Origin: an uncultured Dehalococcoidia bacterium
Lineage (GTDB): Bacteria; Chloroflexota; Dehalococcoidia; Lucifugimonadales; UBA3495
Direction: 5' to 3'
Assembly (NCBI GenBank): GCA_950072105.1
Contig: CATMOE010000057.1
Coordinates: forward strand, 1 to 22,330
DNA length: 22,330 nt
The stretch's first letter is position 1. Each line of letters starts with the position of its first letter. A program made the translations under genes and the position numbers. Below are positions 7,386-15,607 of the stretch, piece by piece. Below the pieces are notes generated by a model. It saw only the letters and a program-made list of their open reading frames with translations. It was not told the DNA's origin and made no database searches.

Positions 7386-8855
7386 GTGAGTTCCGAGAAG
7401 GTCATCCAGACAGACGTTTTAGTCGTGGGATCTGGTGCGGTCGGCGTAGCTGCCAGCATTGAGGCAAAGGAGGCCGGCGCCCAGGTAATAGTTTTGGAAA
7501 AGGAAGACCACCTAGGCGGCGCGGCCGCGATCTCCGGCGGAGGTTGCTGCATCGTGGATACACCGCTTCAGCGGGAGAAGGGAATCCAGGACAGTCCGGA
7601 CCTGGCTTTCGACGATTGGATCAGTTGGGGTCAGGGTTCGGCCGACGAAGAGTGGGTCCGCTACTATGTGGAGCAGTCCTGCCAGGAGTTGTATGAATGG
7701 GCCAAGGAAAGGGGGGTCAACTGGGTTGGGGTGAACCCCAATGAGGGCAACAGCGTTCCTCGTTGGCACCGGCCCGAAGGGGGCGGCGGCGGTCTTTGGC
7801 ACGCTCTTTACGCCACGGCTCTGAGCCGGGGTATAGAGTCTTGGATCACTTCCACCGCAGTTCGAGAACTAATCGTGGAAGATGGAAGGGCGGTTGGCGT
7901 CCGGACGGAGAACCTGGAGACGGGAGAGTCCCAGGAGTATTTCGCCAAAACGATCGTCATGGGAACCGGCGGTTTTGCGTCAAACTTGGACATGGTGATG
8001 GAGCACCGTCCCGATCTTAGAAACCATCGGATCCTGGAAGGCTCCCACGTCGGGGCCAAGGGAGATGGCCACCATATCGTGCGAGAGGCGGGAGGTATCC
8101 TGACTCATATGGGTGACATGTGGTTCTACAGTTTCGCCATACCCGACCACCGGGACCCGAACCAAAGGAGGGGCCTGGTTATAAGAGGGATGGCAGACGC
8201 GGTTTGGGTGAACATGCAGGGGCACCGGTTCCACAACGAAGAGCTAACCGGTGGATGGTCGGGGACGAGGGCCATAATGGCCCAGGAACCGGCCCAGTGT
8301 TGGGCAATCATCGATGGCGCCATGCGAGAGCACGTGGTGGTTAGCGACCCATATTACTACCAAGAAGGCATCTCGGTGCGGGACTACGAAAAGGTGGCTG
8401 AACTTCTGGAAGTCTCGCCCTACATCAAACGCGGGTTTACATTGGAAGCGCTTGCCCAGGATATGGACGTGCCGGTGGCCACCCTCAAAGACACCATCGA
8501 CCGCTACAACTCCCACATCGACAGCGGCCTGGAAAACGACCCGGACTTTGGCAGACCAATGGCGGGGCGGCAGAAGATCGAGCAAGCGCCTTTCTATGCT
8601 CTGAACTACGGACCCCTGGCCCGCAAGAATTTTGGCGGGGTTAAAACTGACCTGCGCTGTCAGGTTGTGGACAAGAGTTACCGTGTAATCGAAGGACTAT
8701 TCGCGGCGGGGGAACTGGCCGGTATGGCCGGGGGCCACATCAATGGCAAAGCCGGACTGGAGGGGACAATGCTGGGGCCCGCCCTATTCAGCGGCAGAGT
8801 GGCAGGGGCATGGGCGGCCCGTGAAGCCGGATTCGGAGGAGGATTCGGAGGGTAG
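7386..8855 (+). CDS. FAD-dependent oxidoreductase, FAD_binding_2 family (COG3573/PRK12834-like, ketosteroid dehydrogenase/flavocytochrome-related)
   Basis: DVLVVGSGAVG Rossmann motif, GGAAAISGGG, GNSVPRWH, GTGGF, ARKNFGGVKTD, GLFAAGE, LEGTMLGPALFSGRVAG. Confidence 0.85.
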   Translation: MSSEKVIQTDVLVVGSGAVGVAASIEAKEAGAQVIVLEKEDHLGGAAAISGGGCCIVDTPLQREKGIQDSPDLAFDDWISWGQGSADEEWVRYYVEQSCQELYEWAKERGVNWVGVNPNEGNSVPRWHRPEGGGGGLWHALYATALSRGIESWITSTAVRELIVEDGRAVGVRTENLETGESQEYFAKTIVMGTGGFASNLDMVMEHRPDLRNHRILEGSHVGAKGDGHHIVREAGGILTHMGDMWFYSFAIPDHRDPNQRRGLVIRGMADAVWVNMQGHRFHNEELTGGWSGTRAIMAQEPAQCWAIIDGAMREHVVVSDPYYYQEGISVRDYEKVAELLEVSPYIKRGFTLEALAQDMDVPVATLKDTIDRYNSHIDSGLENDPDFGRPMAGRQKIEQAPFYALNYGPLARKNFGGVKTDLRCQVVDKSYRVIEGLFAAGELAGMAGGHINGKAGLEGTMLGPALFSGRVAGAWAAREAGFGGGFGG

Positions 8856-9051
8856 CCTACAGTCTGGGTGTTTCTAAATCACTGCTCGCCCCTTTACATA
8901 AGGACGTGACGGGGGTGTAAAATATCAGATGTGACATCACCCTCAATGCTCCTAGTCAACTGCCGTACCCCACGTTCTTCTTATATATTTTCTCTTCACC
9001 GATCCTGCCTATTCCGCTCTCGCTACTATCTAAAACTCTGCGAGGTTGACT

Positions 9052-9711
9052 GTGCGACTTGCAATACCTGACGTCTGGCGGCAAAAATTCTCTTTCTTGC
9101 CCAGAGAAAACACCTTCTTTTTCCTACTGCATCAAAGCGCGATGAACATCCAACAGGTAGCGCGCCGGTTACTGGATCTCATGGAAAACTATGAGAATGT
9201 TGAAGCCAAAGTCCAGGAGATCAAGGATCTGGAAGATTTTGGAGACCGGATCATTCATGACATCACCCGGTCTCTACACCGGACTTTCGTGACCCCGATC
9301 GACCGGGAAGACATCTTGGCCCTGGCCGGGAGTTTGGATGACGTGGTGGATGCCATGGACGAGGCGGCTCAGTACACCATGGAATATCACATCGAACAAC
9401 CCACCGAGTCTGCCCGTCTATTGGCCTCCATCATCGTTCAATGCGCCGATGAACTGGAGCAGGCGGTGGCTATGCTATCGACCAGAGGCACAATGTTGAA
9501 AGAAATCCTGCCCCGAGTGGTTGAGATTAACCGGTTGGAAAACGAAGCTGATGGCGTACACAGCAGGGCTAAAGGCGAGCTGTTCAGCAATGGCTTCGAT
9601 GTGATGATGATTTTGAAGTGGCGGGACATTTACGACGATCTTGAACAGGCCACTGATAGGGCGGAAGACGCCGCCGATATCCTGGAAGGAATAGTGCTGA
9701 AGCACTCCTAG
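9052..9711 (+). CDS. DUF47 family phosphate transport regulator (PhoU-like)
   Basis: IKDLEDFGD, LHRTFVTPIDREDI, LDDVVD, INRLENEAD, LEQATDRAEDAADILEGIVLK; lies upstream of pit. GTG 9052 follows GAGGT (TTG 9046 is an alternative). Confidence 0.9.
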   Translation: MRLAIPDVWRQKFSFLPRENTFFFLLHQSAMNIQQVARRLLDLMENYENVEAKVQEIKDLEDFGDRIIHDITRSLHRTFVTPIDREDILALAGSLDDVVDAMDEAAQYTMEYHIEQPTESARLLASIIVQCADELEQAVAMLSTRGTMLKEILPRVVEINRLENEADGVHSRAKGELFSNGFDVMMILKWRDIYDDLEQATDRAEDAADILEGIVLKHS

Positions 9712-9871
9712 TCTTGGCGGGCGCTACAAGAGCGGCAGGTCCGAACTACGTGGAATGGTTTATGGGAAGGTTCAGTTGTTGCCCGCAGGCCAACCGTAAG
9801 GGATTTGCCGCCGAAGAGGTTGATCTGATCTCATTATATTTCGTGGTAGGTGCGGATGCCCGTTCTGACCC

Positions 9872-10885
9872 GTGATTGATCCCACTTCATTGAGCTTTCT
9901 GATCGCGGTAATCTTGATCGCGCTTGCCTTCGATTTCGCGAACGGGTTCAACGACGCGGCAAACGCCATTGCCACCGTGGTATCCACCCGGGTGATGTCC
10001 CCGTTGGTTGCCGTCACCATGGCCGGTGGGATGAACTTCCTGGGCGCTTTGTCCGGGACGGCAGTCGCCAAAGCCGTCGGCAAGGGAGTCGTCGACCCTG
10101 ATTCCGTCACGCTGGTGGTAGTGATGGGCGGGGTGGCCGCTGCCGCGACATGGGTATTTCTGGCCAGCCGGATGGGCTTGCCGGTCAGCGGCAGCCATAG
10201 TCTGATTGCCGGCGTGGCGGGGGCAGGCATCGCCCATCATGGCGGCCCCGGTGTCTTGGTGGGGTCCGGCATCCTAAAGATCGTCTTGGGTCTGGCTTTT
10301 TCCCCCATACTTGGACTTACCGGCGGGTTCGCCATAATGCTGACCATCTATTGGGTGTTCCGCCACGTAAGCCCGGCCATGGTAACGGCGATCTTCAGCA
10401 AGCTACAGATCGTGACGGCGGCGGCGATGGCCTTCAGCCACGGCTCTAACGACGCGCAAAAGACCATGGGAATAATTACCCTGGCCCTCTTTGTAAGCGG
10501 GGCTTACAATCTGGAAACCTTCGAGATACCCTTCTGGGTGATTCTGCTGTCGGCCAGCGTTATGGCATTGGGCACCTATTTTGGCGGGTCACGGGTCATA
10601 CGCACGCTGGGAGTGCGTATCATCACCATGAGACCGGTTCATGGGTTCGCCGCGGAAAGCGCCGCCGCCACCGTCATAGAAGTGGCAACCCGGATCGGCA
10701 TCCCAGTCAGCACCACCCATGTTATTACCTCCACCATACTGGGCATGGGGTCCACCCGGAGGCTCTCGGCAGTACGGTGGGGCGTGGCCAAAGGTATCGT
10801 GTACGCCTGGGTGTTGACCTTCCCGATGTGCGGTGTATTGGGGGCCGGGCTCTACGTTCTGGTCAACCTGGCGACGAAGAGCTAG
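9872..10885 (+). CDS. pit: PiT family inorganic phosphate transporter
   Basis: NGFNDAANAIATVVSTR, GLPVSGSH, FSHGSNDAQKTMG and GIPVSTTH signatures; multiple TM segments. Confidence 0.93.
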   Translation: MIDPTSLSFLIAVILIALAFDFANGFNDAANAIATVVSTRVMSPLVAVTMAGGMNFLGALSGTAVAKAVGKGVVDPDSVTLVVVMGGVAAAATWVFLASRMGLPVSGSHSLIAGVAGAGIAHHGGPGVLVGSGILKIVLGLAFSPILGLTGGFAIMLTIYWVFRHVSPAMVTAIFSKLQIVTAAAMAFSHGSNDAQKTMGIITLALFVSGAYNLETFEIPFWVILLSASVMALGTYFGGSRVIRTLGVRIITMRPVHGFAAESAAATVIEVATRIGIPVSTTHVITSTILGMGSTRRLSAVRWGVAKGIVYAWVLTFPMCGVLGAGLYVLVNLATKS

Positions 10886-11007
10886 TCGCCCCGCCAGGCG
10901 GTACCTGCCGGTTGGTTTCAATCTCTCCTTTTATGTGCTCATTCGAAAAATGATTAGACCCATGGCGTTCTGCGCTAACCCGCAATCGGAGATCTTCAGG
11001 AGGCGGC

Positions 11008-11877
11008 ATGGTTAGAGTGGTCCGAGCAGGGCTCATCCAGGCCGGGATGGGCGATGAACCCGCCGACGATGTGGACCGGTCGAAGAAGTACATGTTGGAG
11101 AAGCATCTCGCTCTCATCGAAGAGGCGGCCGGTAAGGGAGTGCAGGTCCTCTGTTTGCAGGAGATCTTCAACGGTCCCTACTTCTGTGCCGAGCAAGACA
11201 AGAGATGGTACGCGATGGCCGAGGCCGTTCCCGGCGGACCCACAGTGGGACTGATGCAGGAACTGGCCAAGAAGCACGGAATGGCGATGGTGGTGCCGGT
11301 TTACGAAGAGACCATTCCCGGCGTGTATTACAACACGGCGGCAGTCCTGGATACTGATGGGACCTACCTGGGGAAATACCGTAAAAACCACATCCCCCAT
11401 CTTCCCCCCGGCTTTTGGGAGAAGTTTTACTTCAAGCCAGGCAACTGCGGCTATCCGGTATTCACCACCCAACTCGGGAAGATCGGCGTCTACATCTGCT
11501 ACGACCGGCACTTCCCTGAGGGCTTTAGGGAGTTGGGCCTGAACGGTGCGGAGATCGTATTCAATCCCTCTGCAACGGTTGCCGGATTATCGGACCATTT
11601 GTGGGAGTTGGAACAACCGGCAGCGGCGGTGGCCAACGGTTATTTCGTCGGCGCGATAAACCGGGTTGGGCGGGAAAAACCTTGGGACATGGGCGAATTC
11701 TACGGGCGGTCCTACTTCTGTAACCCGCGAGGCCATATCGTTGCCCAAGGCTCCCGTGACAAAGATGAAGTGATCGTAGCCGACCTTGACCTGGATGAGA
11801 TCCGGGAGGTACGGGAAACCTGGCAATTCTTCCGTGACCGAAGGCCCGATACCTACGGCGGGCTGGTCGCGCTTTGA
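11008..11877 (+). CDS. Carbon-nitrogen hydrolase, beta-ureidopropionase/N-carbamoyl-amino-acid hydrolase-like
   Basis: Glu-Lys-Cys triad motifs CLQEIF, YRKNHIPH and ICYDRHFPE, plus WEKFYFKPGN and WQFFRDRRPDTY. AGGAGG SD. Confidence 0.88.
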   Translation: MVRVVRAGLIQAGMGDEPADDVDRSKKYMLEKHLALIEEAAGKGVQVLCLQEIFNGPYFCAEQDKRWYAMAEAVPGGPTVGLMQELAKKHGMAMVVPVYEETIPGVYYNTAAVLDTDGTYLGKYRKNHIPHLPPGFWEKFYFKPGNCGYPVFTTQLGKIGVYICYDRHFPEGFRELGLNGAEIVFNPSATVAGLSDHLWELEQPAAAVANGYFVGAINRVGREKPWDMGEFYGRSYFCNPRGHIVAQGSRDKDEVIVADLDLDEIREVRETWQFFRDRRPDTYGGLVAL

Positions 11878-11926
11878 CGGGATTGGCGGACGGCGGGGAA
11901 CCAAACACTGGTATCCACAGAAAGGT

Positions 11927-11995
11927 GTGGTTCGACAAGCTCACCACGAACGGGGAAAGACGCCATTACCGTTCGTCCTGAGCCTGTCGAAGGAC
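11927..11995. repeat. Palindromic REP-like element, copy 1
   Basis: GTGGTTCGACAAGCTCACCACGAACGGG-spacer-CCGTTCGTCCTGAGCCTGTCGAAGGAC; the arms are imperfectly complementary. Confidence 0.85.
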
Positions 11996-12035
11996 AAGGC
12001 TGCTCGCCGATTAAGAATTCGCGGTAGGCCGGCCC

Positions 12036-12422
12036 CTAATCGGGCAATATAGCCGTGGCCTCGATCTCTATCTTCAGATGCGGCTCCACCAACCCGGCGA
12101 CCTGGACCCGTGTGCTGGCTGGTAAGTTGTCCCCAAAGTATTTCATGCGCACCTGGTGGGTGGCCGCTCCGGCTTCGTGGGAGATTTCCGTCACGAAACT
12201 GGTGATCTTAACGATGTTGTCCAGGGTCCCACCCTCGGCCTCCAAGATCAACTTTATCCGCTTTAGGATCACATCGGTCTGCGCGGCCATGTCGCCGTAC
12301 TCCGCCTCCGTGTCCCGGGCCGTGGCCCCGGATAGAAACAGCATGTTCCCCACCCGTACCGATTGGTAATGGGGTGCGCCGGGCGCCGGGAGTTCCGGGT
12401 AGTTTTTCCTTATGACATCCAT
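12036..12422 (-). CDS. RidA/YjgF/UK114 (Rid) family protein
   Basis: VRVGNMLFLSG, GGTLDNIVKITSFV, PASTRVQVAGL, IEIEATA. GAGGAGG SD. Confidence 0.92.
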   Translation of the reverse strand: MDVIRKNYPELPAPGAPHYQSVRVGNMLFLSGATARDTEAEYGDMAAQTDVILKRIKLILEAEGGTLDNIVKITSFVTEISHEAGAATHQVRMKYFGDNLPASTRVQVAGLVEPHLKIEIEATAILPD

Positions 12423-12467
12423 CGATTCCTCCTCAAGTCCTCAGAGCCTATTCAGGTCCCCAGCGAC

Positions 12468-12582
12468 GTGGTTCGACAAGCTCACCACGAACGGGAGACA
12501 CTTCATCACCGTTCACCCTGAGCTTGTCGAAGGGTAGGGCTGTGTTTGTACAGGCTCACCATGAACGGGGAAATGCCGTTCG
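12468..12582. repeat. Palindromic REP-like element, copy 2 plus a partial third copy
   Basis: 12468-12495 is identical over 28 nt to 11927-11954. Right arm CCGTTCACCCTGAGCTTGTCGAAGGGT (12509-12535). Partial copy ACAGGCTCACCATGAACGGG...CCGTTCG (12550-12582). Confidence 0.85.
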
Positions 12583-12593
12583 CTGTGCGCCGG

Positions 12594-13847
12594 TTATCTA
12601 CTTTCCATTTCGTTTACCAACGCCTCTAAACCCTGGTGGAAACATTCCAGAGGCGCCCTGGCGATGCCCGCGCCCACTTGTCCCGCCCCGGCCTCTTTGT
12701 GGGCGATCCCGGTGTTGATGGCGGGCGATATGCCCGTCTCGACCACCTTTCGCAAGTCGATGCCAGAAGGTACCCCCTGGTAATCAAGGTTGGGGATGGA
12801 TAAGTGGGGATGGTGGCCCAGCGTGATCTCACCCATCTCCTGGGTGTAGTTCAGGGCGTCGCGATATGTTCCCGCTCCGACGAATCCGACGACTGCCGGG
12901 GAGCCGGCCATGGCGAACGCGCCCAACCCCAATGTTTCCAGGATGGCGCTGTCTCCCATGTCAGGATTGGCGTTGTCGCTGGTGAACCCAGGGAAATACA
13001 GTCCTTCCGGCATCAGAGACGGTGCGGTGAACCACCGGTTGCCCAAGGCGCCGATCCTGATGCCGAAGTTAGTGCCGTTTCTGCTCATTGCGGTGATCAG
13101 GGTAGAGCCATTTACAGACGCGGCGGCGTCCATCGCCGACTTCGCGGCGGCCATGGCCAGATTCAGGAAAAACTGGTCATTGCCTACCAGAAAATCGGTT
13201 ACCTCGCTCAGACTTGACTGTTGCGAGGAGCCGCGCACCAGGTGAGGGGCGATGGCCCGAAAAAAGAGGGACGTGGCGGCCACGTTGCGCTGGTGCATCT
13301 CGTCCCCCATGGCCAACGCCTGGGCCATGATAGGCCTCAGATCGACACCGCCGGCCCGGAGCACCGCTTCTCTGAGCGCCGGCGCCAGGGTTTTCTCGAT
13401 CCATCTTAATCGCTCGATAACCGAGTCATCGTTGGCCCCGAACCGCATCACCTTGCCCAATCCCTCGTTGATCGTGCAATAGGACCGATTGCCCAGTGTC
13501 CGGTTCTCCACCACGAACACGGGCATGGAGGGACTAAATATGCCGGTCATGGGACCGACGGCGGAGAAGTCGTGAGCGGGTTGAAGAGACACCGAGCCGC
13601 TGGAAGCCAGAGCCGCCGCTTCCTCCCCGGTGCCCGCCCAGCCTTGATATCGAAGCGCCCCGACGACCGCTCCTTGCATTGGGCTACACATCGCGGGCCA
13701 CTGGACCGGCGGCCCGGCGTGCAGCAGCATCCCTTCGCCTAGCTGGGGCATCACTTCCGACGCCGGAGCAACGTCAATAAGGACGGGGTCGGCATTATAC
13801 ATGTGACTTAACGCGGCCTGATTGGCCTCTTCGATGGTATTTCGCAA
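12594..13847 (-). CDS. ylbE: DUF1116 family protein (YlbE/YahG/AllG-like)
   Basis: LLHAGPP, AVGPMTG, INEGLGKVMRFGA, ALAMGDEMHQRNVAAT, DMGDSAILE, INTGIAHK. Start placed at TTG 13847 (AAGGA SD, just after the upstream stop); the ORF track uses 13877. Confidence 0.9.
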   Translation of the reverse strand: MRNTIEEANQAALSHMYNADPVLIDVAPASEVMPQLGEGMLLHAGPPVQWPAMCSPMQGAVVGALRYQGWAGTGEEAAALASSGSVSLQPAHDFSAVGPMTGIFSPSMPVFVVENRTLGNRSYCTINEGLGKVMRFGANDDSVIERLRWIEKTLAPALREAVLRAGGVDLRPIMAQALAMGDEMHQRNVAATSLFFRAIAPHLVRGSSQQSSLSEVTDFLVGNDQFFLNLAMAAAKSAMDAAASVNGSTLITAMSRNGTNFGIRIGALGNRWFTAPSLMPEGLYFPGFTSDNANPDMGDSAILETLGLGAFAMAGSPAVVGFVGAGTYRDALNYTQEMGEITLGHHPHLSIPNLDYQGVPSGIDLRKVVETGISPAINTGIAHKEAGAGQVGAGIARAPLECFHQGLEALVNEMESR

Positions 13848-13848
13848 C

Positions 13849-14052
13849 TCAGTTAGTTCCTTCGGCGTTAGGATCACTGGATCGCTCCAGGCGGCTTAGC
13901 AAGTCTGTCAGCCGATGGTCCCCTCCGGCGGGGGGCCTCCAATCCACCTGAACCACCGGGAACCCCAACTCCTGAAGGGTGTCGGCAAAGACCTCCAATC
14001 CCACGTTGATGGTGGCGGGAGGGCCGCCGAGCAAATCTCTTTTCTCAGCCAC
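13849..14052 (-). CDS. Stand-alone FdrA C-terminal domain protein (~67 aa)
   Basis: INVGLEVFADTLQELGFPVVQVDWRPPAGGDHRLTDLLSRL matches the recalled C-terminal segment of full-length FdrA. GGAGGTGA SD 5 nt before GTG 14052, which overlaps the fdrA stop. Confidence 0.85.
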   Translation of the reverse strand: MAEKRDLLGGPPATINVGLEVFADTLQELGFPVVQVDWRPPAGGDHRLTDLLSRLERSSDPNAEGTN

Positions 14053-15607
14053 GGGTGTCACCTCCCGGCAAGGGGACGGCGCCGCCGCGGCTGATGGCGG
14101 AGGCGATGCGGGCGGCCAAAGCGTTGCTGTGTACCACCAACGCTCCGGCGTGGGTCAGGGTTTTCTCCTGTTGGTCCATATCCTGAGGATCATCGGGGCT
14201 GCCGCACAGGGCCACCACACAAGCCAATCGGCGGCCGTCGTTTCGAGCTATTTTTTGGGCTTCCAGTATCGCGGGCGACAGTTCGGCGGCTGGGTCGGGG
14301 TGGGCGCCGTAGCCCAGGATCACGTCCAAGAGTACAACTCCCACTTCAGGATCGGCTGCCGCTTGGACCAACGCTTCGCATCGGGATCGGAAGTCGATCA
14401 TCGGGTGAGGACGTCCCACGGTATAGCGGTCGTCCCCCATATCTATCAGCAGATCGCCGCCAACTGGTTCCTGTTCCAGTCCCGAGCCGGCCAGATGTCC
14501 CAGGTCTCTCAGGATAAACAAGGACTCATAGCACAACGTACCCCCGGAATAAAGCCCCCGAATGCTCCGGTGTCCAGGGTCCGAACCGGCGATGATCGAT
14601 TCGATCCGTTTCCTATTTTTGTCGTCTAAAGATGCCCAGCCGGGCGTCTCCTTGCCTAATAGTTTCAGAACCCGGAGGGCCGTACCTTCGAGATTATTTT
14701 CCATGTGGACGTTTCCACGGCTGGCCCGTTTTCCGTGTTCTCCCTGTTCTCCTAGGAAAGATATAACGTATGGCTTGCCACACTGGGAAGCGGCCTCCAG
14801 CACCCGGGCTCGGGCGGATTGGGCGGGAGGCTTGGAGATAAGAACGATGATTTCAGTGGCCGAGTCTTCACCCAAGGCCCTTAACCCTTCAAGCATCATC
14901 GCCCCGTTCACCTCACCGGACAAGTCCCTGCCACCCACTCCCAAAGCGTGGGAGATCCCCTCTCCCGATTCGGCCAGAAGGCAGATCACCTGCTGCAAGC
15001 CGCTGCCCGACGCCGAAACCAATCCAACCCGGCCGCTGGGCACGGCGTTGGCGAAGCCCAGAGGAACGCCATTGATGATAGCGGTTCCACAATCTGGACC
15101 CATCATAAACAAGCCGAGGCTGATCGCCTGCTGTTTCAGGCCAACCTCGTCTTCCAGCGGCACATTGTCGCTGAACAGCAGCACGTTAAGTCCCAGGTCG
15201 AGGGCCTTCCTGGCTTCGCGGGCGGCGTGTTCTCCAGGCACCGAGATCATCGCCAGATTGGCTTGGGGTAACGTCTGTAATGCCCCTTCCATGGAGCGGG
15301 GCCGATAGCCTGCCCCGCCGCCCGTTCGTTGACGGCCGGACATAAGCCGCTGCTGGACCGACGTTATAACGGCCTCTTCCTGGCCGGGCGAGGTCAAATC
15401 GAAAGCTACGATCAGGTCGTTGGGGGTGGCCGACTTTCCACTATCCGCCAGTAGACCTGCCTGGGCCAGTAGATCTTTGTTGTTGTCGGTGCCCATGATG
15501 GCGGTGGCTTGCGCCACGTTTTCCAGCCCTTCCATCTCCTGGGAGAGCCTCATCAAAGCCACCGAATCGCGGTACATGTTCTTGAGGACGTGGTTCTTGA
15601 CCGTCAT
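14045..15607 (-). CDS. fdrA: FdrA/YahF/AllF family acyl-CoA-synthetase-like protein
   Basis: YRDSVALMRLS, ISVPGEHAA, LFSDNV, MMGPDCGTAIING, VGGRDLS, LISKPP, GLYSGGTLCYE, YTVGRPHPMID, LDVILGYGAHPDPA. ATGA overlap with the upstream gene. Confidence 0.92.
   Translation of the reverse strand: MTVKNHVLKNMYRDSVALMRLSQEMEGLENVAQATAIMGTDNNKDLLAQAGLLADSGKSATPNDLIVAFDLTSPGQEEAVITSVQQRLMSGRQRTGGGAGYRPRSMEGALQTLPQANLAMISVPGEHAAREARKALDLGLNVLLFSDNVPLEDEVGLKQQAISLGLFMMGPDCGTAIINGVPLGFANAVPSGRVGLVSASGSGLQQVICLLAESGEGISHALGVGGRDLSGEVNGAMMLEGLRALGEDSATEIIVLISKPPAQSARARVLEAASQCGKPYVISFLGEQGEHGKRASRGNVHMENNLEGTALRVLKLLGKETPGWASLDDKNRKRIESIIAGSDPGHRSIRGLYSGGTLCYESLFILRDLGHLAGSGLEQEPVGGDLLIDMGDDRYTVGRPHPMIDFRSRCEALVQAAADPEVGVVLLDVILGYGAHPDPAAELSPAILEAQKIARNDGRRLACVVALCGSPDDPQDMDQQEKTLTHAGALVVHSNALAARIASAISRGGAVPLPGGDTRG

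Noticed and set aside
8893..8938. Possible Pho box upstream of DUF47-pit (TTTACA/TGTAAA inverted pair, GATGT-G-ACATC palindrome)
   Set aside because: No 11-bp-periodic direct repeats; the motifs are too short to separate from chance or ordinary promoter elements.
11927..12582. 28-bp identical repeats as a CRISPR array
   Set aside because: Only two full copies about 540 bp apart with a gene between them, no regular spacers and no cas genes.
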